A stretch of DNA of 64,000 nt from Podarcis pityusensis (taxonomy: Eukaryota), in assembly GCA_964106645.2 (NCBI GenBank), contig OZ067045.1; one strand, 5' to 3'. Both the position numbers and the translations under genes were made by a program. The notes below the pieces were generated by a model, which worked only from the letters and a program-made list of their open reading frames with translations, made no database searches and was not told where the DNA came from. The first letter of the stretch is position 1, and every line of letters begins with the position of its first letter. This document shows, piece by piece, positions 39,321 through 51,367 of this stretch.

Positions 39321-41673
39321 TCTAGAAGATCTCTGCCTGGCTAGGAAGGCCTCTAGCTACACCAAATATCCTATATGCTAATAGTAAACTCATTATCCAT
39401 GAGTGGATCCTCATGTAGTCAAATGGCACCATCCACATGCAAGAGGGGGGCACCAACAAGATTGTGAAAATCCAAAGATCTGCAAAAGTATGTTTTTGAA
39501 AAAGACTGGGATGGTGGTTAAAAAAAAAGCAAACAAGCACAGCTCAATAAGGCCTGAGCATTCTCAATGGACACAGAATGACAGATGAGAGAAAGTGTGG
39601 TGGCAGGATGGAGTGGGATGGAGTAGCCTTGAAAAGGGCATGCTGGAACCCTGAACAGAAATATTCCACATTGCAGCATTTTACTCAAGGACCCTCTTAT
39701 GGAATCCTTATAAGCTCTCAGTAAATTAGCTTACATTAGCCTAACAGTATGAACTGTAACTGTTTAATTTCCACAGTCCTTCACACATATGCAGTATAGA
39801 CCACTGTGTAAAACTGGTGAGCTGCATTTAACTTGCTGGGTCATGAGTTGCAAGCACCTTTTCTGAAACTCCAAGACCTTTGGGGACAAGGATCCATCTT
39901 TCTTTCAGTTGTACAACTGAATATTCATGAAACTTCCCTCAGGGTAGAGGAGTTGTAAATCTGCATTAATAAATGCTGGCAATTCAAATGGCATTCTCTG
40001 CTCTGACGCCAGAAGTTTAATCTATTAGCTGGACTTGCTTAGACAGATGCCACCAGGATGAAGTATGAAGTCTTATAACAACAGCGCTTAGTTACTTTTA
40101 ACCAGGAAGCTCATCTCTTCATTGCAAGCAAAAGCCTTTTAATACAGGCATAATAAAACCACTTTGTTTTTAAAGACACTAACACGGAGAAAGAGAGCAC
40201 TGGGCTCGCAGTCTTCAGAAGAATGAGCATGTTATCAGTAAAACCAGAAAACGTCAACAGGAAATATGATCTAGAAGTGTTAAAAAGCTGAGACCCTCTG
40301 CAAAAACATCAAACTCCAGGTGTTTCCATCTGAGGTTAAAGCTATGTTCCAATTCCTAACTTCAGTTTCTCTTCATCACTCCTCCCATTTCTTTCTTCAC
40401 CTCTTGACTACATGAATACCTAAGAGAGTTACTGTACTACCTACGCCTAATTATCGCCTCTTCCTAGTGAAACCACTCACTTCAATCCTGCTTGTTGACT
40501 TGGAGGAAATTAAGCACACATACACACACATGCACAGCAGCTCTAGATAATTAGAGGCTAAGGTAATTATTTAATATAAACATACAGTGATCTGAAAGAA
40601 AACCAAGATGCTCATGCATGAAGTTGGGGCCAGCATACCCTGGTATTTCGCTGGCCCTAGTTTCACAGACTCAGGTAATCACATTATGGATTGTCTTTTA
40701 GGTAGAAAGGTGCTGTAACCAACCATGTACTCTTGATGGTTCACTAGAACAGAGAAGCCAGTGATTATAGCACTCAACTTCTTCCCTTACTTGGAAGCAA
40801 GTGTAAAAGTTTCCTCAAACTCTTCTGACCAAATCTGACTTATTTGTGACCAAAGGAGAATTGGTAACACAAATGCTTCCCCAGTATTTCTGACTGATTG
40901 GCAAAAATAAGCAATCAACAAGGATACAAGGCAATGGTGTTTATTCCAGTTGCACAGCCCATCTGTCCTTAATTCTTCAGCATTAGCATAATAAATATGT
41001 GTACTTTGCTTTCATATCTCTGTTATTACAGGTGGATTCAATCATGCACAACACAATCATCTAAATATAGTTCTAATGTTCCATTGAGCTCACATGACCA
41101 AGAAACAGAAGCCAAAAGGTGGAGCTATGAAACTGAAAGGACAAGCTAAGCAGGTAGAAGCAGGCTTGGTTCTCAGTGGCTCAGATTAACTTCTCTAGCA
41201 CAAACAAAATAAAATGGAAGCAATATGGAACACTGCTGAGAATAAACCCAATAAGACACAGTCGTGATGTGCATCCTTTTACTTTCTCCCATATAAGCAT
41301 ATGACTGCCATCAGTTCATATGCAGAAAAAATAACCTTAAACATGGGTACAGCAAGGTGACAGCAGTGGTGAAAAAAGAGAAAGTCTCCAAGATGTGCAC
41401 AATGTATTTTGTCCCATATTTCAGATGTGGGGAAACTTTTTTTTACCTAGTCAGCCATATCCTTATCTCTCCAAGATTCCCATGTGCCAACTTTTTACTC
41501 TTTTTAAATTCATTATTTTTATTCACTCTCAAACAACACTTTTATATAACGAAAAGGAGAGCCACTGCAATACAACAAAAAGAAATTAATACATAACATA
41601 AATCCCTCCGTATGCACATGCCTGCCTCCCAACAAGAAAGGCAAAAGTTAAAGGTTACTGCTGTAGCCCCCAA

Positions 41674-42176
41674 ATTCTGTCTTGGTCATGCCACACCTGC
41701 AGTGTTGTGCCAGTTCTAGGCACCACAGTTTAAGAAGGATATTGACAAGCTGGAATGTGTGCAGAGGAGGGCAACCAAGTCTTATGAAGAACGGTTGAGG
41801 GAATTGGGTACATTTAGCCTGATAAAGAGGAGACTGAGAGGAGGTATGTTAGCCACCTTAAAATATGTGAACAGTTGTCACATGGAGAATGGAACAAGCT
41901 TGTTTTCTCCTGCTCTGGAGCCTAGGACCTGAACCAGTGGATTAAAGTTACAAGAAGGAGATTCTGACTAAACATCAGGAAGAACTTTCTGGCAGTATGA
42001 GCTGTTTGAGAGTGGAACAGACTCCCACGAAAGGCGGTGGACTCTCCTTCCTTAGAGGTTTTAAGCAGAGGTTGAGTGGCCATCCATTGTATATGATCTA
42101 GTTGATATTCCTGCATTGCAGGGGCTTGTATTAGATGACTTCTTGGGTCCCTTCCAACCCTACAATTCTATGATTC
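41674..42176 (+). mobile_element. CR1 LINE 3' end (ORF2 C-terminus and 3'UTR)
   Basis: Translates FKKDIDKLECVQRRATK/SYEERLRELGTFSLIKRRLRG, the CR1 ORF2 tail; ends CCCTTCCAACCCTACAATTCTATGATTC. Confidence 0.9.
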
Positions 42177-43814
42177 AACAAACTATGCTAAGTGGTGAAG
42201 CTCAGGCACATTGCTCAACTCCAGTTCATGCAAATGAAACAGTGTACACAGACTGAATATCAGAGAACTCCTTGTCCTGCTGCTGCGTGTGAAAAGCTAC
42301 CCACTCATATGCTGCCAAAGTTAACAGATCCTCCAACCACTGTACAGTGTGGAGTGAGAGACACTCTTTCCAATATTACAGCCAGTCACTTTGCCACCAT
42401 CAGCGACCACAACATCCAATTTTGTTGTTCTTCAAGTGAGGTCCCATTACACTGGAATGTAGTTCAACTGTACATTAGCATCCACTAACATCAAAGATTT
42501 TGATCTTGTTGGAAGCGCCCAACAAGTAGCCAGACTAACCATATATGATGTCACTGGTAAAACAGGTATGCATGGCTTGCCTGAATTGGTAGAATGGGAA
42601 GGCCTGGTGGGTTGAATTAGTCCTGCAGGCTGAAAGTTTCTCAACCCTAGCTTATGTGCTCTGACATGAAGTGCTGGCAAAGCCTATTGCACATAGACAA
42701 AAACACATGTAAGCATAGGCCAAACTAGATGTTTACCTGGTAAATGTGTGGTCCCAAACTCGTGTTTGCAAAAATAATGTGAGTGATTATGGAAGGCAAC
42801 TTACATGAGAGAGACAGCAGAGTCCTAATCCCTCCCATACCTTCCAATCCTTTCCTGCAAATGCCTCCACCAATACCCTTATTAATACAACAGAGAAGCA
42901 ACAGGTTGGGAATGAAAACTCTCTCTTAAGTGCTAGTTTTGGCCCACACACTGGACTAGGAATTTTTGCTTATCTTGCATATTTGCTTAGTGACCTTACA
43001 CAGGCAATTGCCTGCAGAGCTTCCAAACCATAGACCAACCTTCACCAATCTGATGCCCTCCAGATGGTACCCAGGATGGCCACGCTAGCTAGGGCTGATG
43101 GGAGGTGTAGTGCAAAACACCTGGGTACCAGGTTGGGGAAAGGCTGCTGCACATTACAACAGCAACAGAAGCTTTGTGGACAGGCAGCAACCACCAATGC
43201 ATCTTAATGTTATACATCAAAGGGACTTTTTCAAGTCGGAAAAGTAAATCTTTCCTAAGCATGCATAATACTAAGAACCAATTTGATTTGAAGAGATAAC
43301 TATCAGCCTCAACCATGAAAGATGTTAAGAAGAGCTGAAAAGTCTGATGCAACAGGACAGCTGCTTCCCAATGCAGTCAAACAGGAAATCCCCATGTAGA
43401 TGTGGCCTGTACTGTTTTGCAATCCTCCTTCATTCTCCAAAAAATAAAATAAAAAGTTAAGTCTATGACACATAGCCCTACTGATGGATTAAATAATTTT
43501 TGGCTGACAAGTCATCCACCTTTAAAAGTCACTGATCAATCAGTCAAGTTGAAATTAAATGTTTATATTAACAAAACCTCAGTGTAAATGCATTTTTGAG
43601 ACACAGAAGGAAAAGGACAGATAACATTTCAAATTTAATAAATGAAAACTACCACCCAGTTAGTAGGAAAGGCCAACTTTAATATTTGCTTTTTCATTGC
43701 ATATTCCAGCAATTCACCAGAATCAAAACAGCCCTGAAAAAATGAAAAGGGGCAACCTTAGCTCAGAGCTTGAGAGGAAAGAGACCACCTACTGGTGGCT
43801 CATAGCTATGTGTA

Positions 43815-43962
43815 ACATCCATGCTAAGAGGCAAGGCTACCTCTGATTATTAGCTACTAGGGGCAAGCAGGAGAGCAGTAGTACCTTTGTAAGCTTGTGG
43901 GCTGACTGGCCACTGTTAGGAACAGTATGTTGGACTAGACAGACCTTTGGTCAGATCCAGCA
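43815..43962 (+). mobile_element. CR1-type 3'UTR fragment, diverged
   Basis: TGGCCACTGTTAGGAACAGTATGTTGGACTAGACAGACCTTTGGTCAGATCCAGCA. Confidence 0.55.
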
Positions 43963-43994
43963 ATCAACAATTAAAATTGGTCACCCATGAATAA

Positions 43995-44274
43995 CACCTC
44001 ACCTGCACTATGACTTCAAACAATCATGGCTTCCCCCAAAGAATCCTGGGAACAGCAGTCTGTTAAGGATGCTTAAAGTTGTTAGGAGACCCCTATTTCC
44101 CTCACAGAGTTACAATTCCCAGAGTGTCTTAACAATCAGTCCCTCTTCCCAGAGAACCCTGAGAGCTGTAGCTCTGTGAGGGGTCTCCTTTAACAAGTCC
44201 CCAGGATTCTTTGGGGGGAAGACTGTTTATAGAGTGGTATGGTCGTGCCTTAAATGCATAGTGTAGATGGAGGC
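43995..44274. mobile_element. Harbinger-type palindromic MITE (same family as 813-981)
   Basis: TTCCCCCAAAGAATCCTGGG / CCCAGGATTCTTTGGGGGGAA and CCCTCACAGAGTTACA / TGTAGCTCTGTGAGGG inverted pairs; TAA flanks. Another partial copy lies at ~30115-30237. Confidence 0.7.
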
Positions 44275-44502
44275 TAAGTTATCTAAAGATTTATCTACTA
44301 AATGAAACACATACGTGTTTATTTTCTTTCAAATATTATTACCTCACCTCTGACCTTTCCATAACTCGAGGGAACTTAGAACAGTTATTTAATAAAACCC
44401 CTGAGAGAAGTGGTGAAAAGGTTAGGTTCAACGGGCTGCTACTACTTAAGATATTCCACCTTCCCTTCTCTACTTATTTGGGGCAATGCTTTAAGTTAAC
44501 TA

Positions 44503-44761
44503 CTGTATTTTTTGCTCTATAAGACTCACTTTTTCCCTCCTAAAAAGTAAGGGGAAATGTGTGTGCGTCTTATGGAGCGAATGCAGGCTGCGCAGCTATC
44601 CCAGAAGCCAGAACAGCAAGAGGGATCGCTGCTTTCACTGTGCAGCGATCCCTCTTGCTGTTCTGGCTTCTGAGATTCAGAATATTTTTTTTCTTGTTTT
44701 CCTCCTCCAAAAACTAGGTGCGTCTTGTGATCTGGTGCGTCTTATAGAGCGAAAAATACGG
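44503..44761. mobile_element. Tc2/pogo-like MITE, 259 bp, with internal long hairpin
   Basis: 23-bp TIR CTGTATTTTTTGCTCTATAAGAC / GTCTTATAGAGCGAAAAATACGG (2 mismatches, both CpG to TpG); TA TSD at 44501-44502 and 44762-44763. Confidence 0.9.
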
Positions 44762-45763
44762 TAATTAAACAGTTATGCAGTTCCTCTCTGTTTGGAACAG
44801 GCCAAGGGCTCCCCCAGAATCCCACTTAATCATGGTCTCTGCTTATGTACAGTCTGGAAAGAGCCATATCCCCAGTTGCTTGACATCTGAATGGCTTACT
44901 ACACTGCCCTGCAGAAGCAGTTGATTACAAATCATTTTTAAAAGCTTAAAAAAGGAAGCATCATCCACACCCAGTTTTATAGCTGAGAACAAATATTAAA
45001 ATGAGAAGCAGAATTCCCCGAAAGACTAAAATATCCTTAAACCGGCAATGCTGGTACAGTGGCAGTATCTCATGTGCCTAAGGGGGTTAAAAGGACTTCC
45101 TCTGTTTGTGCTCTTTCATCAATAAAGCAAATATGCATACATTTTAGGCAACCAACCATGTCGACGAACAGTAAATACATTTTTAAACTCCATTACTCAT
45201 ATGCTCCAACTACACCCCACCCCCCGCCAAAAAAAAAGAGAATTTGCAATGTTAGACAGGTTAGTGGTAAAACTGTGTTGGCACGAATGCACCCGAGATA
45301 AGACGAAATGCAAAAATCTATCGCAGGCTGGGGGAGTAAAAAGAAAAGAACCAGAGACTTATCTGCAATACAACCTTTTTTCACTCAGCTTGCAGAGAAC
45401 AGCAGAAGACAGCATGTATTAGATTTCTATAAAATGTATCTGACTTCCAAATATATTAAATACCTTTTCCGACTCTAGAAATGAAAGGTGACATGATCAG
45501 AGTAGAGCAGGGAGAAATTGTACCTATGGTCTACCATTTCAGTAGTTCACTTCGGCAAAGTTCATTCAAGCAGGTTATAGTCCTAATTTACACTTCTACC
45601 AGAGAATTGTCAGCTTGAGCTAGGAACCTCACACCCTGAAGCAGCCTGGCTCCAACTCTAGGGAACCACCTAGGCTAGAATACCCATTGTCCTCAGAGGC
45701 TTCCTCACATACCTAACAGGACAGGGCATGCACAAGATCAGTTTCCAAAACTAGCTGGCAATA

Positions 45764-45809
<46 letters not shown>
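45764..45809. repeat. (TATC)n microsatellite
   Basis: Seen directly. Confidence 0.95.
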
Positions 45810-48800
45810 ACTAACTTAAGGCTTCTTAAACACCTTTCACCATAAGATCCCAGGAAAGTTGTTTGTTCACTATGTGTTTTGAACCTCTCTCTAGGTATCA
45901 TAACCAAAGTTTGCATGATGGCTCCTGAGATCAAGGAGGATGTTTTCACCTATGTCTAGATACACCTGGATGCCATTGTGAATCAATGATGGGCTATACC
46001 TTTCAAAACTGCATTGTCGTTTTTTCCCCCCTTAGCATTCCTCAGCAATTCTGGATATGAGGCTGCTATAACAATTATAAAAACAGATAAAAGTGTTACA
46101 GTTAGGAAGCATGGGAAAACGTGCCAAATGGAGCAGAACACTATAAATTTAGCAAAAGACATGGCTCCCACAAAACAAAATACATTAACTGTAAAAGGCT
46201 GGGTTAAAGAGTTCATCTTCGGCATATGGCAAAAACCTGTACAATGAATATGTTAAACATACTTCTGTGGAAAGTTTCATAGTTTATACATTAAGTATCC
46301 CGACTGGCCAGGCCAGGAATAAATACTAGGAGCCTAGCTTTCTGACTTTGCTTGGTTAACAGAGAAGTACCTTCTGGTTGCTTTGGCCCCCAGGCCCAGG
46401 CCTCTGATTTGCATACTACCTGGCCTCAACAACTTGATCTTCTTACAAGGGCACCAGACAAAAAAAACCTCAGCCATCATAAAAGACTGATGGTTTAACA
46501 TCGGCATCCAGCTCCAGTTGCTGCTAACACTATTCACTTGTTGAAAACAAGGGTCAACTCACCCTGTCCATCTTCTATGGGAGAACCACATCTAAAGAGC
46601 ACTCAGTTTGGATTTCCATGTCTGTAGTTTCCAAGGTGTAACAGCAGCAGCCTACAGTTTTTCAACAATTTAGAGAAGCACCATGGATGCAATCCGGGCA
46701 ATGTCCCTCTTACACCTCTGATTTAAAGATGAAGTAAACACACATTACTTTCAGGGATAGATCAATTCCCTCCAGGAAACTGTTACTGTTGTGTGGTTCA
46801 CTTGCACAATGTCACTGAAAGTCTGAAGTCTTATATAGACAAATTAAAAGATTATGTGAAGCGTTGGTGACAGTAAGCAGCAGTCTCTACTAGTGCGACT
46901 TCAGTTCTATGAAATAAGTAGTCGCTGAACACCTAAAGATGGAGAGGGGAGGAAGCTAACAAGCTCTGCACCCTGTTCTACAAGGCAAAAGAAAAGAAAC
47001 TCAAAATACTGGATATTATGCCAGATTTGTTTTAAATTCCAATCAGCAGGTTAGTATTACAAATCTTACTAGAAGCCAAGTTTAGAGTCCAATCAATGCT
47101 GCTCCTTCTACCATGAGGTGCTCAAATATCATATACAGCAGCCGCCTTTGACTTGTTTAACATAGTTGGTGAGAAACCGCTTAAGGCATCTAACTCAAGT
47201 TGTAGGATTAAAGATATGTTTTCCGACCATTTGGCTACTGCATCCCAGTGGAATGCAAAACATATAATCCCAAATCCCACTGGATACAATGCCTCTCTCC
47301 CAATACCAAACTGAGGAGCTGAAGACCATGGAATACAGTAATTATACACCCAAAAAGTGTAAACTGTTTTAGCTGCAACACATTGTTGGGTATACAATCA
47401 GTGGAAAACCTGGATTTGACTCTGTGTAATCCGTGAAATCGCTCCCTGAAAGATAGCTGAGCTTTCTACTTTTTCTTGGAATAGATAGCAGCTTGGCTTC
47501 AAAATTACAGCTTCCCATGTTCAAGGTTAAATGAAAACCTCTAATACAAAAGAGATTTACAATGAGTACAGTAGAGAAAAAGGATTAAAACAAAAAAGAA
47601 GAGAAGGCCAAGAGGGCATCAATATACTCCAAGTTGATTTCTTAGAACCAATACTAAGCAACAAACAGTTGATATGTACCAATTCTGTGCAATCTTAAAA
47701 TGAATGATGTGTAATAGCCCTGAGAAAATGTGGTACTCAAAATATATTTACCATCACTTCAAAGTTCTACTCAAGCTAGAATGCCATTTAGGTTGAAAAT
47801 ATGACTTACCTTGTCAATTGTCAGCTCTCCAAGTTTCATATATTTGAAGTACATCCAGCTTATATTAGAGGAAAACATTACTTCAGAGGAAAATGATTTA
47901 AGTGCATTCACATCTACTGGCTATGCAGGCAGAAAACCAAAGTGCCTGTAGGCCTCTGGCCCTAGCAAAGACTCACGAAACCCTCAACAGGCGAGCCACA
48001 ATGCAGCTGTGTATCCCTATAAGAACCATCTCCATTAAGCTCCTCAGGTCAAAACATAGTCTATTACAATTCTACAAGAATTCACATGTTAAGTGCCACA
48101 ACCATATTGTCCGAGCCATACAACTATGACTTTTCTCCCTCAATTTACAGTAAGGAAGTGTTCTTTATCATGGATTTTTCAGCCTCAAGAGGAGTAGTGG
48201 AAGCTGCACAGGTAGAATCCCTATGTAAAAAAAATCCCAGGAAATAAGGCTATCACAATAGGATAGATGAAGAGCTACATAGGTAGGAGAACAAATAAAT
48301 GTCTTAAGTATAAAAGAATGCTCTAAAAGCCTGGATACAGAGATGTCCTAGTATGAGGAAAGGCCTCTTCAGGTCTAAAAGTGAGTTATGAGGAAACTTT
48401 TTTTACAAGGAGTGGATAATATAGACATTGAATTTATTAAGTGTTTTGAGTGTTCAGGCATCCCAAATGTATTACTTCAGAAATCTTTACAATTATTCTG
48501 TAAGGTAGGTCAGAATCATTATTCCCATATTGCAAGTGGTTATAGGTTCTTCTATAATTCATTTACAAGCTTAGAACACCTTCTAACAACTATGTATGCT
48601 CTTACCTAGTATTCAGTTGTTATTAGTTCTCCAAACATGTATTGTAGCCAATTTTAGAAGCTACTACACCTGACCTCATCTGCCAGTCTTAACTGCCAGG
48701 GCCCAGATGTTGGAAGAACAGAGGAAATCAGCATGGTCAGACCCATCTGCCTCCCTGGTCTTCTTCATCCCCTTCAGCGTGTTTAACACCTTGGTCTGCT

Positions 48801-49988
48801 GGGTGAAAAGAGGAGGTCAATCTGGCTTCCCACCTGCCCGAAGCTCAGCAAACCTCCTCAACCAAACATAAAAGCTCTGTCTTAAAGGACAGGTATCCAA
48901 CCACAAATTGCCCCCAGGTCCTAGATATTCAGGGAGTAGTTGGGTTGAAGACATTCAGACTGGAATCTGAATCTCTGAAGGCACTCAAAAGCAAAAAGAA
49001 GCAAGCCACACTGTTGCAGGAGGTAGGGAGAAACTAAGCACACTAGTAGCAAAAAGCTAGGAGGACTTTCAAAACAAATGTTTACACCAGCAACGCCTCC
49101 CCTGCATTGCTTGATTTAATACTGTTATTTATCATAAGCCAAGCTGCATATTTGCAAGAAAAACGCAATTGGGTTTTTTGTTTTTTTTAAGCTAAACCAT
49201 GGTAATAAAATAAGGAAGCAACAACAAATTGCACAAAAGCAAAAAAAAAAGTTTGCATTTAGAATGAGAAGAAGTTCAATGAGAGCAATTGGCATGGCAA
49301 AGTACAACTGAACTACAGCTAAAGGGGATGCAGGAAGCAACTTTCACATGCACAGCAACTTTCCATCCTGTGCACTCATGGCAAAACAAACCTTCACACC
49401 ACACTTCAGAAGAGACATACTTTTTCCTACAGGGCAACTACCCTTGTGTAGCAAAACCACATGTGATCCAATCTATTTTAGTAGAGAAAATTCTAATTGG
49501 TCTCCAAGGTAGCCTAGAATGTTAAGTGCTCACTTTGAACAGAACTGTGTGTTGTAAGATACACAGGGCTGCTATATAGGCATTTCTAGAGTTAAGTCAC
49601 TTATTTTCCAAGAAGTAGAAAACTTGACCCATGTCCCTACATCTTCCATGTTCTTTATTTCCCCATTCCTGCTTTGCACCATTGTCAGTAAATCTCCTTT
49701 AACCTGCTTGCTATCTGCCATTTGTTCTTACGTTCCATGTGATGCAGAGGTAAGCAGGCATGCAAAGGTACTCGGCATATGATAAACCTGCTGTTACGAT
49801 AATCTAGGCAAGCAGGTCACTACTTTTTGAAGAAGTACAGAAAGGGCAGCTTAACCACACCAAGCTTAATGTTAACAGTTCTGTCACACCCAGCTGGCAT
49901 GATGGAACACATGGAAGTGATTCTGGGCACCAGTCTCCTGCACTATCCAATAAGTGGCTTGGCTCTTTAACACCCCCAACAGCGGAAC

Positions 49989-50177
49989 GGCCACAACTTG
50001 GTGGGAGAGTTTCACATGCAGAAGGTCCCAAGTTCAATCCCCAGCATCTCCAAGTAACACTGGGAGAAACTTCCTGCATGAAACTCTGGAGAGTTGCTGG
50101 GTCACTCAGTACAGACAAACCTGAGCTAAATGAACTTCATTGGTCCAGCTTGGTATAATGCAGTTTCTTGCGTTCCT
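49989..50177 (+). mobile_element. Squam3-like SINE, diverged
   Basis: CATGCAGAAGGTCCCAAGTTCAATCCCCAGCATCTCC...CTGAGCTA...GGTATAATGCAGTTTC; reverse complement of the other copies. Confidence 0.7.
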
Positions 50178-50783
50178 ACTCTATTCGGTGTGACTCTAAG
50201 AGTCACAGAGCAACATTCCCGCCTTCTAGCACTCCTCCGCAATTTCCTGGTTATTCAATAAGCTATCTTATAGCCCCCAGAAAAGGATTGGGAAATATGA
50301 GCTGTGCAGCACCTGAGCAGCCCAGATAGCTCATGAAAGTAGCCAAGCTGCATGTCAAAGTTTCCTAACCTTTTGAAATGGCCACAGTATGCTCAAAAGC
50401 ACATTCCTCACTCTCCATGCCAGGGCTGCCCAGGAACAGTTTTATCCCCTCTGCCCGATCTTCCAGGATACTCAAGACAAGTTCATATCGGCTGCATTAA
50501 TCCAGACCATCATTCTGGGCTCATGCTCATAATCATGGATATTAGCATCAGCTATGCAGTCAAGGACTAGACCGTCTGCTATTGATGGACTTAAGTGAGT
50601 CATGTACATTTATTTCAATTGGTCTACTTTAAGTAGGTCTAGCACTGGGATCAAACTTGTTGCCACACAAACTGCAAATACAAAATGGCTATTAGACACC
50701 CCAAGAGAAGATTGCAAGGTAACACTAAGACCACATGGTGTCTTTGAAGCTTTCTTATATCACTTTGGCTCCATGCATCTGCC

Positions 50784-51367
50784 TGTTAGGAATGAACCAG
50801 CAATAAATCACATGGAATAAGTGAAGTTAACTCTTTATTTAAAAAACACCAAGATCTGCACAGGGGTGCCAGGCCTAATGAGCAAAGCAATTCTTCTTCA
50901 GTAGGTATTGCCCCTGTAAGGCAATTGTGGAGACTGACGGTCCCTGCCCTGCCCTGCCTTCCTATGTCCCCTACTCTCCAGGGTTTTTCCCAAGCAATCT
51001 GAGACTGCATCTGCATACCTGCCTTTACTCTTCTGCTTCATGCCTCTCCAGGTCCTGGGAGATCAGTGGGAGGGGAGCTTGTTGCAGCAGGAGTGAGTCC
51101 CATGGTTCTTCACCAGCTTGACTTATCTCTGCTTCTTAGCATCCCTCATCCCACTCTCCTGCTTCTGGACTTCTCTTTGCCACAGACTCTCCCTTCTCAC
51201 TAAGCCCTATTCCCTCTTTAGCTTCCGATACCTCCTCCTCCTAGTCTTCTCTCTCAGACCATTCATCGTCATCCTGCCACCAATCCCCAGACCCTGAGCC
51301 TTCTTCACTTAGGGGTTCCCCAGCTGGTTCCTTCCACCATTCCTCTGTGTCCAACCAGTCCCTGGCA
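50784..51367 (-). mobile_element. Solo LTR (584 bp), probably Gypsy-type
   Basis: Termini TGTTAGG...CCTGGCA (imperfect inverted repeat, TG..CA), exact 5-bp TSD CTGCC at 50779-50783 and 51368-51372, minus-strand AATAAA at 50834-50839 about 50 bp from the 3' end. Confidence 0.85.
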
